Source of the DNA: Eledone cirrhosa
Lineage: Eukaryota
Length of the DNA: 64,000 nt
Direction of reading: 5' to 3'
Assembly: GCA_964016885.1 (NCBI GenBank)
Contig: OZ024743.1
Span: 41,974,001 to 42,038,000 of the forward strand
Under the pieces are notes generated by a model. That model did no database searches. It worked only from the letters and a program-made list of their open reading frames with translations, and was not told the origin of the DNA. A program made the translations under genes and the position numbers. This document shows, piece after piece, positions 40,450-54,719 of this stretch; position 1 is the first letter of the stretch, and each line of letters starts with the position of its first letter.

Positions 40450-40875
40450 CAAAGGGGATATTGAATTTGTTGGTAATTCATTCAACAAATATAAATGTTT
40501 ATAACTGTTTCAAAGAACTCGACATGTTTTCTGGAGTATAATATTCAATAATATTAAATAAATGGAAACTATATTTATAAAACCACATTTATTCTATTAT
40601 ATATTTCAAGGGTACCAAAACATTGGTACGCCCGAATCAGATAAAATGCGTTTGTTTCATAGATATTGACATAACCAGAAAAAAAAACCTTAACGTTTAA
40701 GACTATCCAGAAAAACTTGAACCCATAAGGTATTTTTTTTCTGGTTATTATCAGTATTTATGAAACAAACTTTGTATTTTATCTGATTAGAGCGTACCAA
40801 AGTTTTGGTACCCTTCAAATATATATACTAGAATAAATATGGTTCTATAAATATAGTTGCCATTTATTTAATATC

Positions 40876-40884
<9 letters not shown>
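40450..40884. mobile_element. Family D divergent inverted pair with degenerate HHRs (40591-40647 minus, 40776-40834 plus)
   Basis: Inverted repeat 40541-40690 / 40728-40884. Cores are CUGAUUC...GAAA and CUGAUUA...CAAA around stem II GUACCA/UGGUAC. Confidence 0.65.
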
Positions 40885-40920
<36 letters not shown>

Positions 40921-40921
<1 letters not shown>

Positions 40922-42737
40922 GTTTTGCGAGGTTTTTTATATGAAATCGTGTGTCGAAACAGATATTGTTATATTTGGGGAGGGTCATATTTGCGTAATA
41001 TTGCCAGAATTAATAACAGAACACACTCACTGTTTGGTTGGTTTTCGCTTCTCGCTGTCTTTTATATATATATATCTGCGATCTAACTTACTCGGTCCTC
41101 AATGTTGCCATTGACTGACCGGCGGTCAAAAATAATACAGATACAATATAGACAAACACATATATATATAGTTTACATAAATCTTTCGTTGCACATCTGC
41201 AACATCGTCAGTGGTGTTATATTCATTGTTCCTCCTGTTGTGTTGTATGTCTACGCCATTTTTTTTTGTTCAGTCTGTCTATATATTTATTTATTTATTT
41301 GCTTGTTTGTTTATCTTATTTTATTTTGTCTTCTTTGCGCATGCGTTTGCGTGTGTGTATAGTGTTATGTGTGATGTGTGACTAGTGTGTATCGTGTTGT
41401 GTCTGCTGGGTGACTAGTGTGTGTTTATGTGCTTGTGTATGTATTTATTTATCTTATTTTATTTAATTTAATTTACTTATTTATTTATACTTCTCTTAGG
41501 TCAGTGTTGTTTGTTTGGGTGTTGTTGTTGTTCCACTCATTCTTTCTGTTTAGCTTTGGTTTTCTAATTTCTATTTCACTGGCCTCTCTGATTTGCCTAT
41601 CTGCTGGGTCATTCCTATGTTTAGATATTATTCTAATTTCTATGTTGTCTATGTTACCGTCATGATGTTGTCTAGCATGTTCGTATAGTACTGACCCGTT
41701 TTTTCGTCCTTTTAGTTCCCCCCAGTGTTGGTCTATCCTTTCACCTATGCTACGAGCTGTCTCACCTATGTATGTTGTTGTCGTGTTTCTGCAAGTACCC
41801 TCTGTACATCTTATGCTATAGACTACGTTTCTAGTTTTACAGTTTATCCCGGATAAACTGTAAAACTAGAAACGTAGTCTATAGCATAAGATGTACAGAG
41901 GGTACTTGCAGAAACACGACAACAACATACATAGGTGAGACAGCTCGTAGCATAGGTGAAAGGATAGACCAACACTGGGGGGAACTAAAAGGACGAAAAA
42001 ACGGGTCAGTACTATACGAACATGCTAGACAACATCATGACGGTAACATAGACAACATAGAAATTAGAATAATATCTAAACATAGGAATGACCCAGCAGA
42101 TAGGCAAATCAGAGAGGCCAGTGAAATAGAAATTAGAAAACCAAAGCTAAACAGAAAGAATGAGTGGAACAACAACAACACCCAAACAAACAACACTGAC
42201 CTAAGAGAAGTATAAATAAATAAGTAAATTAAATTAAATAAAATAAGATAAATAAATACATACACAAGCACATAAACACACACTAGTCACCCAGCAGACA
42301 CAACACGATACACACTAGTCACACATCACACATAACACTATACACACACGCAAACGCATGCGCAAAGAAGACAAAATAAAATAAGATAAACAAACAAGCA
42401 AATAAATAAATAAATATATAGACAGACTGAACAAAAAAAAATGGCGTAGACATACAACACAACAGGAGGAACAATGAATATAACACCACTGACGATGTTG
42501 CAGATGTGCAACGAAAGATTTATGTAAACTATATATATATGTGTTTGTCTATATTGTATCTGTATTATTTTTGACCGCCGGTCAGTCAATGGCAACATTG
42601 AGGACCGAGTAAGTTAGATCGCAGATATATATATATAAAAGACAGCGAGAAGCGAAAACCAACCAAACAGTGAGTGTGTTCTGTTATTAATTCTGGCAAT
42701 ATTACGCAAATATGACCCTCCCCAAATATAACAATAT
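40921..42737. mobile_element. Palindromic PLE-A insertion: two 887-bp 3' ends joined 5'-to-5'
   Basis: 40963-41849 is the reverse complement of 41851-42737 with a 1-nt centre at 41850. Both arms match 39181-40067. The left arm has an extra 42-bp tail. Confidence 0.95.
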
Positions 42738-43054
42738 ATATATATATATGTATATATATATATTTACATATACATATATGCATATATACATCATAATATT
42801 GTTAATACAATTCGCTGTAAATCTACTGCTATTACTTTATTATACATACACACATTCATAAATTTACACAGACACACACGCACACACGCACACACCTAGA
42901 CATACGTACGTGTGTATATAAATATTTATGTATATATACGCATACATTTTATAAGGTTCAAATAGATAGATAATAGATTTCTGATTTCCGGTGTTTCGTA
43001 ATTTAATTATATTTATTTGATCGAATTGATATATGTGTGATTGTTTAATGTTTA

Positions 43055-43126
<72 letters not shown>

Positions 43127-43193
43127 GTGTGTGTATGTATTATATATATGCACACATCACATGCACACAGACGTACACACACATACTCACATT

Positions 43194-43294
<101 letters not shown>

Positions 43295-44322
43295 GTGTGT
43301 GTGTGTGTGTACACATATACATATGGGTGTAGGTATGTATATTAATGTACACGTATTAATAACCTTACTCTCAGTTCTAAAATTCTTTCTTTTGTATTCC
43401 TTCCTCATTCATGGTTTGTTTCCTTCTATTATAAATATATTTCATGGAAAAAAATTATATTATAAAAGATAAATGGAAAACTATGATATAAACTATATTT
43501 TTAGTGAGAACCAACATTGTTAAGTGTACTTAAAATAAAATTTAATTTTGTGGTTGAGTGGTTCCATAAAATAGATTTTGTTTGCTGATGTTTACGATAA
43601 GAAATAACTACAAAGAGGAGAATTATCTAATTTTTACTGACTTTTATTTCCAATCGAACAGATGTGCAGCTAAATATATTCACCTCATTGTTGGAGTGAA
43701 TGGGAACACAAAATAAATGAGAAAATACAAAAGGAAATTCATTCTGGCGTAGAACAGTAAAACGTTTAAGCGAGTAAACGTTTATAATTTTAAAAATAAA
43801 CAACTTTATAAGCACTCACACTATTAATTTGTAAAAAACTAGAAATGGTGGGATGTTCTTTTGAATACATGTTATATTATTTACTTATTCATTTATAGTT
43901 TCCCATGTTTAACTGACAAGACTCCGGTCATATTAGTGTACTGCCTTCTATGAATGGTTTATCAGTCATTTTCACCCAGGCACGGATCTCAGACTGGTAT
44001 TCTTTTATCATAATTTATACGACAAATTGCATCGTCACTCGTTTGAAATAAGTGAACAGAACACCATTTTACCCAGGTACATATGATCGACTAAACAGAC
44101 ATATGCTTTCACTTTCAATTCGAAGATTTTTTTACGTTTCTTCCTGCTCATGATCTCGTTTATATGTCTATCACTTCTTTTTATCTTTCATTCTTTCTCA
44201 CGAGGAAACGTAGACAACCAAGTTACTAAGAAACCTCTCCTAGCATATCAAGCGGTAACCTAATATGTATCTTCCTTGTATTGTTCCCATATGTTGTTTT
44301 GTCACAGATGGGCAAGGCAAGG

Positions 44323-44510
44323 TAATAATTGTTTCTACATTTGGCACAAGGCCAGCAAATATTTCAGTGTATTACTGGTACTTTATTTTATCGAACCCGT
44401 AAGTATGAAAGACAAAGTTAACCTCGGCGGGATTTGAAATTAGAATGGCAAGGGCCGTAATTTTTTGCTGCAAATCATGGCGCCCGACCCTCTACCGATA
44501 TTGCCAATCC
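44323..44510 (-). mobile_element. tRNA-derived SINE (same family as 1596)
   Basis: Reverse complement of the full unit including the A-box-like head. Confidence 0.85.
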
Positions 44511-44544
44511 AAATATCAGAAACACACACACACATCCACATACA

Positions 44545-44585
<41 letters not shown>

Positions 44586-44589
44586 CGAT

Positions 44590-45410
44590 TTAGAGAGCGT
44601 AACTTTGTCCTAATATTGCCAGATAGAATAGTAAAACACACTCACTGTTTGGTTTGGTTTACGCTTCAGTATATTTTTTTCATATTTCTATAAATAATTT
44701 AATTGACAATGAATGATAAACATTCATTCACCAAGAGTTAAAGCCATAAATAGAAATATAGTTTCTCAAAGTACTTTCGTCACACATACCTGTGATATCT
44801 TTAGCGATTATCATGTTTCCGTGTTTGTATGCTCATGCGTCGTGTCTGAGTCTGCGTATGTTTACGTGCTTACATTCTAACTTTGTGTATTTATATGTGA
44901 TTGTTGTTATTGCATTTGTGTATATTTATATTCTCAGATCACTCGCCTGTGTTTCTTTGTGGTTACTGATATTCCATTCATGCTTTCTGTTCAGCATAGG
45001 TTTTCTTAATTCTATTTCTGTAGCCTCCCTAATATGTTTAATTGCCGAGTTATTCCTGTTTAGATATTATTTTAAGTTCTATGTTGTCTATTTTAACAGC
45101 CATGTTTTTGTGTGTTCATATAGAACTGAATCGTAATTTCGTCATTTTAGTTCACTCCAGTGTTCATCTACTCTCTCATGTATGCTACGGCCTGTCTCTC
45201 CTATGTATGTCATTGACATGAATCTGCAGGGACTCTCTGTAAATCCTAGTCTATAGACTACATTTCTAGTTTTACAATTAATTTGTGAACTTACTCAACA
45301 TAGTACACATGGCTTATTTTCACAGCGGGTTTTCTTAAAGGTTTAAGTTTTACTGATCAGGTATTTTATATTAGTTCCTGGCTTTTCTACCACTTAAATA
45401 TTTTAATTAG
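44590..45410 (-). mobile_element. Older 5'-truncated PLE-A relative with decayed HHR (44765-44809)
   Basis: Minus strand [13 protein letters not shown]...TYIGETGRS; CUAAAGA-UA-UCACA..UGUGA-C-GAAA-GUAC-UU; tail ACACACTCACTGTTTGGTT shared with family A. Confidence 0.8.
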
Positions 45411-47164
45411 TTTTACTTATTTATTTATCTTTGGCATGTGTACGTAAACCTCATCAGGCAGACCATCCAGACAAGGCGATGTACTCATCGTACATTTAAC
45501 GATTTCCCCACGTACTTCAGTTTACCGAAATTCCTTTCTGCGCTAAATCTATTCCTGCCGTTCCCTATTTGTATCAATAAACCTTTATATATAGGATATA
45601 AATGTTTTAGGGATATAAATATATTCGCCATATTTGCTTCAGGGAGATGAATGTGGTAATCAAATAATTTGTCACTATTATTTCGTTTGTGTATTGATGC
45701 TTTGTATTACTAAAATAATTGTCAATATTGATCATTATATCAACATTGAAATATATCATACAAATCCTTATTCTTTATATATTTTTTATTATCTCTTTCT
45801 AAGACGTATGCAAATCATATATACTTCAATTATACTGATATTGCCCAAATATTTCCAAACTGGACACTTTCATCTCAAAGGCGCATTGAATTAGATTACA
45901 CCCATTCGCGAAGTTAAGATTGCTACAGCAGGGTATAGTTAGTAGATGAATTCTGAAATATATCACGATCAATATATGGCATCAATGATATATAGAATAC
46001 TATATTGATTTATTGATTCTTATTCTGACAATTTGACATTTGGAAGGAGCTATTTCGAACTACTTAGGATTTGCGCAAAATTTTATTTTTCCCTCCTTGT
46101 AAACAAGGAGGATACATTATATAAATATATATATGTGTGTGTATATGTGTATGCGTGTGTTTGTGTGTGTATGTGTGTATGTATGTGTGTGTGTGTATAT
46201 GTGTATGTATGTATGCGTGTGTGTGTGAGTATATATATACATATGTAACTGATATTATAGTTCAGTTTTATTTCAGTTATGATATAAAGCGCATTGAATG
46301 AGATACCGAGGGAATATTGCATTGTACAAATGTATAATAAAATAGAAGGTACTATATATTAAGAATCTGCTGAATTGAATTTCATGAGACTTATTATATT
46401 TGAACATGCTTCATTTTTTTTTCACTTTGTTAGAGGATTACATTTCTCTGTTATATGCCGTATGTAATTTCATTGAATATATAGCATGAATTATTTCGCG
46501 TGTGAATAATTCCCTTGCTATTCACTGCCATGCGATTATTTTAACATTATAACTCAGTGACAAGGGATATACTATATATTCCATGTTTATTCGCTTTTTA
46601 TTGTTTTATAGGAACGAAATTAATGGCAAATAACATACGTATTTAGTCCATACTAGGTTTACTTTAATAATATGTGTCAACGGAAAAGTCACGATGGAAT
46701 ATTTCTCCCATAAAAATGACTCAAACATTAGATATATTCACAATAGTTGATGTATTGTATTCTTCCGTATCACATATACAAGAAGAATACAACAAATATC
46801 ACTCTTGTGTATCATTCGTAAAGAAAGTTTATGGAATCACAAAAGTAATTTTCACTGGTCGAAAGCTTTTGACGGATTTATTAAAAATCGTTATATAATG
46901 AGAGACTGAAATATCATTGTTTGGCAATTTGAAGCTTTATAGTAACATTTTATAAAAGTGTTACGTAAACAAATATTTCCATGGTACAGATATTTATTCA
47001 AATCGGACAGCATCCAATGTATACATAACCTTACACACATAACACTATGCCGGAGAGAAATACTATCTAGATAGTCCTACAAAGATAATTTCAACATCTA
47101 TCTACCTATCTAGTTATCTGTCTCCTTCTCTTTCTCTCTCTCCCTATATATATATATATATCAT

Positions 47165-47287
<123 letters not shown>

Positions 47288-47550
47288 ATGTGTGTATATA
47301 TAATTATATTACTTAGACTCTTGATATTTTACAGTTCTTAACACTAATACCGTAAATGTTATATACTAAACTAGATTATGTGCCCCCTGCCAAAGATATT
47401 CACATAATGTCTTCAGTGTACATTATATCTGTTTCACAATGAATTTGTTTGGTATCAATGGATTGAGACCTGTTGACCCCTTCTTTCTCGTGGTGTATAT
47501 TTCATTTCGCTTTTGAAGCACACGTAAATCTATCCTTTATATATATCTAT

Positions 47551-47684
<134 letters not shown>

Positions 47685-48115
47685 ATATATATATATATCT
47701 CTCCCTCTCTATCTCACACTCTGTATATATATATATATATATGTATATATGGGGGGGGGGCTATTTGTATCGGTGGGTGTGTATTTGCGGGGTGTGTATA
47801 TATATACGAATTTTTATCTTCATTACCACAGGATTGAACATGTTTATTCCTCTATGTAGACCATACACTAACATTTTTCAGTGTATAAAACTGCGATAGA
47901 ATTTCTATGTATTTTTAAAATTCCTATGGAAAATACTACTTCGATCATGAATGATGTGAAGACATATGAAACATATTTACGATGTGTGTGACAATAAATA
48001 ATTTAAAGACGTGCATGGTTTAATAATACGGAACAAATATGTAAAAATCACTCTCACACACAAACAAATGCATATAAACACACACACACGCACACACACA
48101 TACACACACACACAA

Positions 48116-48147
<32 letters not shown>

Positions 48148-48189
48148 ACAAGTGTGTATATATATATAGAACTGTACATAGGAAAAAGT

Positions 48190-48232
48190 ATGACCACGAC
48201 GGCAGAGCTCAAGCCGTTTCGACGGCTATTTC

Positions 48233-48238
<6 letters not shown>
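48190..48238 (-). repeat. Family F fragment (HHR 3' half)
   Basis: ATGACCACGACGGCAGAGCTCAAGCCGTTTCGACGGCTA, nearly identical to 10241-10279. Confidence 0.7.
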
Positions 48239-48279
<41 letters not shown>

Positions 48280-48378
48280 GCATCCAAATATAGTTGGGAA
48301 GACATTAAAAAAGAATTTATACATATATGTATATATCTATATATCTATATATATATCTATATATCTACATATATATAT

Positions 48379-48431
<53 letters not shown>

Positions 48432-48533
48432 CACACATACAAATGAATATATATATATACACACACATATAAATGTACATAAACACATACACATACACAC
48501 GCACACAATTGTATATATATATATATATATATA

Positions 48534-51500
48534 CTAGCTGAAGTACCCGGCGTTGCTCGGGTGTATGTCGACCTTTGCTCTGTTGTTAAAAGGTATGAAA
48601 GTTACTTCCCGCGTATCACAGGTGCAAAAACCTTCGAACCTCATGGAAAAAAACAGAGGTTAGTAGACGCTGGTGTGTAATTGAGCATACATAATGGATC
48701 AATTGTAGGTTCACAGTTTATCGTTGAAATTGTTCTTTGCACGTCTGACGGAAGGCAAATTCACTTGAAATTGAATTTTCAGTTGATTTTTAAAGCAGGG
48801 TGAAATGTCGATTTTTTCATAGTTTTTTTTTTTTTTTACAAGTTCGCGCTTACATGTGCAGAAGAAGAAATAATGGGGACAGTATCTGAACCGCGGCATA
48901 ATGGCGAGTCTTTTGCTACAGTTTTCAAGATAATCGGACGTTCCTGTAAAATATTTTCCCATGTGCAACTTTACCTTGTTTTTTGTGCAAAGTCGAACCC
49001 CCGCTTCAGTTTCATTGATTTTTTATATGAATGCTAATATCCTGTCCCGGTAAATTTGCTATAGGTGAAAAAAAGTTGTCTAGGTTTATTGCCCTTTGCA
49101 ACAGCCTCAACGTGTCTTCAAGTATGGTTTGTTAATTTGTTGTGGAACTAAATCGACTTTCGTCCAATCGGACCGAGGAAACAATGTTTCCATTTGTCTT
49201 TCTAGCTGGTGTACCCGATTATACTCGGAGTTATAAGGCACTGGATTTAAACGGGTCTGCGCTAAATTTCAGCAGGTTGCTTTAACCGAAATAAATGAAT
49301 AACAAACGTTTCTTTTTGTGCTCCAATCTGTGATATTGGTATTTTGAAAAAATAGTCCACAAACATCCATGGAGCATGTGTAACGCATGTATCAGGTTAT
49401 GAGAAAAAGGATTTTCGATTCTCCATTCATAAGATACCAACAAATTGAACGCAAATAAACAGGGATTTTAAGGCACTGCCCAATTCATAGCTGAATAATG
49501 TTTTGCGACATTGTCAAATGTGCAACCGTACACAAGCAAAGAATGTGGTGGGGTTGTATATCAGAGGATTGTTTTCCTTTTGATTCGCGTCTAGCCTACA
49601 AAGTAAAGTTAGATGATTGTAGTCGGTGTTGTATCAATAAAAAAAAATAAAAGCACACGGAAGACTGAACACTTACGAATTAAGTGAAAATCACGTTGAT
49701 ATTCCTATCGGGGCAACATGTGCCGCAAAACCGGACTGTTGTGTCAATATTGAAATCGTAGAAATTGAGAATCCCGTCCTCTAAGATGTAATGGATAGGC
49801 CTTGGAGGTGAAGAGGAAGAATTGGTACAATTGTTTTGCTGAACAAGTTGACCATTAATTTAAATAGACTTACGCAGCATCATCGTGCGGTTTTGTTTAT
49901 GGCCTAGAATGAGGGCCGGTGAAACGCGGCAGAAAAATAAGCCATGCTGATGATATTTAGGGGAGTCACAGGGAATAGATACAGCGTTGTGAGTCAATCG
50001 TGAGGACAGTGGAAGGCACGCTGATCGCTTGAAAAGACGCAATGCTACACAGGATGCTTCTCGGCCATAATTGACAGAAAGGCATGTCAGAAGAAATGAA
50101 AGAGTTGCTATTCATCCTTTGCTTAGCATGATGAACATGTAATTAAAAAGATTTACCATGGCTATCGTGCACGTTGGTATTGTGTTTAGCCTACGAAAAT
50201 CGGTGCTCAAATGGGGCAACAAAAAGCCATGCTGATGACGTTTAAGCGGATGGCAAGGAATTGATGCGGCATAGATAGCCATGGGAGTCTTGAAGGGTAC
50301 GGCGGTCGGGCAAAAGAAAGGGCCGAGGAGGGGATGGTGGCTGACAGTGCATGGATGCGGCATCATGAAGCATGACGATGCAGTGGGACGACGGCCCGCA
50401 GGCAAGGAAGAGGGCAGGGGTTGATGGTGGTAGGGATGTGACTTGTATTCTCAAGATTGCCATGCCTAGGCAGTGGAAAGAGTCGGGGTGTGGATGGCGG
50501 CTGACAGGGCAGGGATGCAACATGATGAGGCATGACGAAAGGGCAGGATCCATGGCGGCTGACAGGGCGTGGATGCGGCATGCCAATTGAGTTGCACCTC
50601 GGGAATGTAGAGAGCACCGGGTGGCACGATGATTGTTTGAGAAAACAGGGTGCAAGGCAGGATGTTTATCTGGCATACATGATCGGTAGGCTTTGGAGGA
50701 GAAAGGGATGAATTTTTGTTTAATTTTGTTAAATATGGTCAAAATGAATGTAAAAAGACTTACACAGGATCGCCTTCATGTTCGGTGCTGTCTTTGGTCT
50801 GAGATAATGGGCAGTTATGTGCGGCGCAGGAATAAACCATGCTGATGACATTTGAGCAAGTTGCTGTCAGGGCAGGAATGGTGAACCATGGCAGTCGTGA
50901 GGGACCAAGGCGTGCGGGAAAAAGATAGAGCATGGGTTAACGGTGGGAGGGATGCGGCATTGTTAGGCATGGCAGTCTTGAAGGGGCACGGCGGGCAGTC
51001 AAAATAAAGGGCTGAGGAGGGTATGGCGGCTGACAGATCATGGATGCGGCATGGTGAGGCATAACGATGCAGTGGGTCGACAGCGTGCAGGGAAGGGAGG
51101 TGGCCGAGATTGACGGTTGCAGTGATTCCGCATGGTGAGCCATGGCACTCGTGAAGCAACAAGGCGTGCGGGTAAGGGAGAGAGCAGGGGAGGGCACGGC
51201 GGCTGACAGAGCATGGATGCGGCATGTTGAGGCATGACGATGCAGTGGGACGACGGCGTGCAGGGAATGGAGAGGGAAAGACTTGATGGTGGCAGGGATG
51301 CGGCTTGGTTAGGCATGGCAGACTTGAAGGAGCACGGCGGGCATACAAAAGAAAGGGCTGAGGAGGGGATGGTGGCCGACAGGGTTGTAATGCGCCATGG
51401 TGATGCATGACGATGCAGTGGGACGACGCCGTGCAGGGAAGGGAAAGGACAGGGGTTGACGGGGGCAGGGATGCGGCTTGGTCAGGCATGGAAGTCTTGA

Positions 51501-52329
51501 GCTCTCCCAGAGTGTAGGCAATGGAAATGGGCAGGGGTGGACGGTGGCAGGGATTCGGCATGTTGAACCCTGGCAGTCCTTAGGGACCACGGAGTGCAGG
51601 CAATGTAAAGGGCCGGGGAATGGATTGCGGTTGACAAGGCAGAGATGCGCATGGTGATTCACAACGATGCAGTGCGTCGACGGCGTGGAGGGTGGGAGAG
51701 GGCAGAGGTTGATGGATGCCTCATTATGCTACGGTATTGGGACCATGGGAATGAAGAGAGCGTATGTAGGCTCGATGATCGCTTGAGAAGACTGGGCGTA
51801 ATACAGGATGATGCGCGGCGGTATAGTCTTGATAGTCCTTATTTAGGAAATGGAAGAATCGGCATAAAAGGTTTGCTGAATATGGTGAGCGTTAATTTAA
51901 AGAGACCTACGGTGGATAATCCTGATAGATTGAATGTTTTTTGCATGGCGGGAGTCGCGACAAATGGAAGCAAGAAGAATGGCGTATTTCGGTTGCCGGA
52001 GTTTTGCCTCTGTGGGGTCCGATTATCGATTTTTTAAGAATTTCAAGTACCCCTGGTTGATCCCCGCACCAAAATACATACCTACGTCAAAATCCATTGG
52101 AATCGGACGAATTTCGTAAATATCGATTTTTGCCTCTGGTGATCGTGTTTTGGCTTCTGGGGCCCGATTATCGATTTTTCGAAAATTGCACGTAGCCTAT
52201 TCTAATCTCTGGATCCAGGTTTATATATGTCTCAAGTTTCATGAAATTCAGATGAACGGTGTAGCCTGCAAGTTCGGGACACCAAACAAACAATCAACGC
52301 CCAACTTCACTTTATATATAAATATGAGA
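48534..52329 (-). mobile_element. Non-autonomous Helitron (3.8 kb)
   Basis: Minus-strand 5' TCTCATATTTATATATAAAGTGAAG; 3' hairpin ACCCGAGCAACGCCGGGT then CTAG; A|T insertion site in (TA)n; no RepHel similarity seen. Confidence 0.8.
50200..51720. repeat. GC-rich degenerate minisatellite inside the Helitron
   Basis: Recurring CATGGATGCGGCATGNTGAGGCATGACGATGCAGTGGG at about 50350, 51039, 51212 and 51390 (spacing ~175 bp). Confidence 0.8.
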
Positions 52330-54077
52330 TATATATATATAAGATATATATATAAGATATATATATATATATATAACAAGTTATATAACAAGTTATATAT
52401 ATATTTATATATGCAATCTGAGCTTTTCGAATAGTAATATTAACATTCGATTCGTTTGCAATTATGCAAACAGGCCTCATTTTTAAAGCAATGTCAGTAG
52501 AATGAACCCTTCGTTCTTGCTCTTGTCTTGGAATGTAAACAACATATATATAATATATATATCATATATATCACATTAGATATTACATATATGTATGTGT
52601 GTGCATGTGCGTGAGTGTGTGCGTGTTTGTGTTTGCGTGTGTGTGTGCGTATGTGTGTGTGTGTATGTCTGTGTGTGTGTGTTTGTGTGTTGTGCCTTAA
52701 TTACTGACAGAGGAGACCCTAACACTTACGCACAAAAACTGAAATATACACTTGCATCTAGTCTACTAAAGAAGAAAGCGAAAGGAGGAGTCGTATGCGT
52801 AGATAGGTGACACATTAGAGTGAGATGTCAACCCTATCCCAATATAATTTTGCGCACAATGGGCTCAGGACCATTATCTAAGTCATTCTCAATTGGTGAT
52901 AGTAAAATGCTTCCAAAACGTCGTTGTGGATTCAATCATGTAAATATGCTACCTTATTGTCCGGGCTATGCAATGTTTGGGAGAAGGACAAGATGATCAT
53001 GTGTTGGGGTAACATTTTTGGCATTTAGGCTCAGTATGGCTAACTTAATGTTAGTTGATTAGCGACAATGATACCAATATGCTAATGCAGCTACCAAACA
53101 GCTACCAAATGTGTTATTAAATATTTATAAACCAAGTACATAGAAGAAAACAGTAAAGGGGATACTATATAAATATGTTTGATATTTGTTATAAAATATT
53201 AGTAATAACATAACAATGAACACCTGCTTATCTTTGAATGATTCCATATGAAATTATAGCTCTGTTTGGTGATAATTTACTGGGGTCAGATCCCCGGTCA
53301 ATTTCATGCTGGATAAGTGCCCTTGAAGTGTTTCATTCAATTATATCAACATCTGTAGTTTGACTGATGGTTATATTATCGTGAATGTTATGTGTTGATA
53401 ATGTCCTATGCCAAGAGAAAGAAGAAAAATCTGACATGCTGTAATGGACTCCTCTTTTTTTTTACAAGAAGCAAGTGGATTTTTTGTTCTAGATATTTTA
53501 TTCATGACATCCTTGCTATATTTTAATTACGGAAGAATATTGACTGTCGGAATCAGTAAAATAACAGAATGCATTTCGGTGTGAATCTTCGATTTTCTTC
53601 AGAGTACAATTCCTGCCAATTCTCGCTTTATATTGTTTTGATTATAAATCCTTCTCTCGCAGAGAGATAGACAAATTGCACCTAATCTTCCTTTGTGTTC
53701 TTGGCTTCTTAATGTTGATTGGTAAATGTGTTGCTTGTGGTTATCATTATCGCGTTTGCAAATACGCTAAATAGGTGCTTTTATTAAAATATGTAAGCTT
53801 CTTTTTCATATCTATTTTGCCAGTTTATATTATAATTATTCATATATGATAGTCGTCTCGTTGATTAACACCGTGCTTGCACTGACTTTGTTTATTGTGA
53901 CATCGCATCATATGTCTAGAATTATTCACCTGTGCCTTACTCTTTTCTCTCACAATTTTCTATTGTTTATTTGACGCAAATTCCGGTTTGTGTAAATATG
54001 ACCACATTTGCTCGACGTTTGTAAATTTCCGCTTTGTATTGTCGCACCTTGCATCTATATCACCACACACACACACA

Positions 54078-54150
<73 letters not shown>

Positions 54151-54646
54151 CGAGAGAGACAGAGAGAGGAGAAAGAGAGAGATATATATAGAGAGAGTGA
54201 GTGACACATTCTCCAGTGTCAACCCGCTGCAGTATGCGACTAACCCACGATCTGCTGCACTTCGAGCTGAGGAGGGTAAATTCTTAACATATCGGTCGCT
54301 ATCCGAAAGGTTTGCAGTGGAACCCGTATCATTGTAGACGTCTGCTGTCCTTGGCACTAGGGCCACCTCCCTATTCACCATTTCGGCAAAGAGCTGGCTA
54401 CTCGCAGGAGTGAGCCTCGTGAGCTGGAATGTCTTTGCCAGCGCTTCTCCCTCACCATCCTCCGGGAAAACGCCTTTTCTATTCTATCCGCTGGAGCCAC
54501 GGAGCGGCCAGCTTGCGGGCTCCCATTTGCTGATAAAAATGAGAGATTGGGAAGAAGAGAGAAATGGAGGCAGTGACAGTGGAAGTTTGGTACCTCCGTG
54601 TTCGGACCTATGTATGGGGTGCCAGTTGCTGCACAAGTGCATGTAC

Positions 54647-54719
<73 letters not shown>

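Noticed and set aside
50112-52037. Pro/His/Cys-rich ORFs up to 248 aa
   Set aside because: Overlapping frames across a GC-rich minisatellite; no domain motifs.
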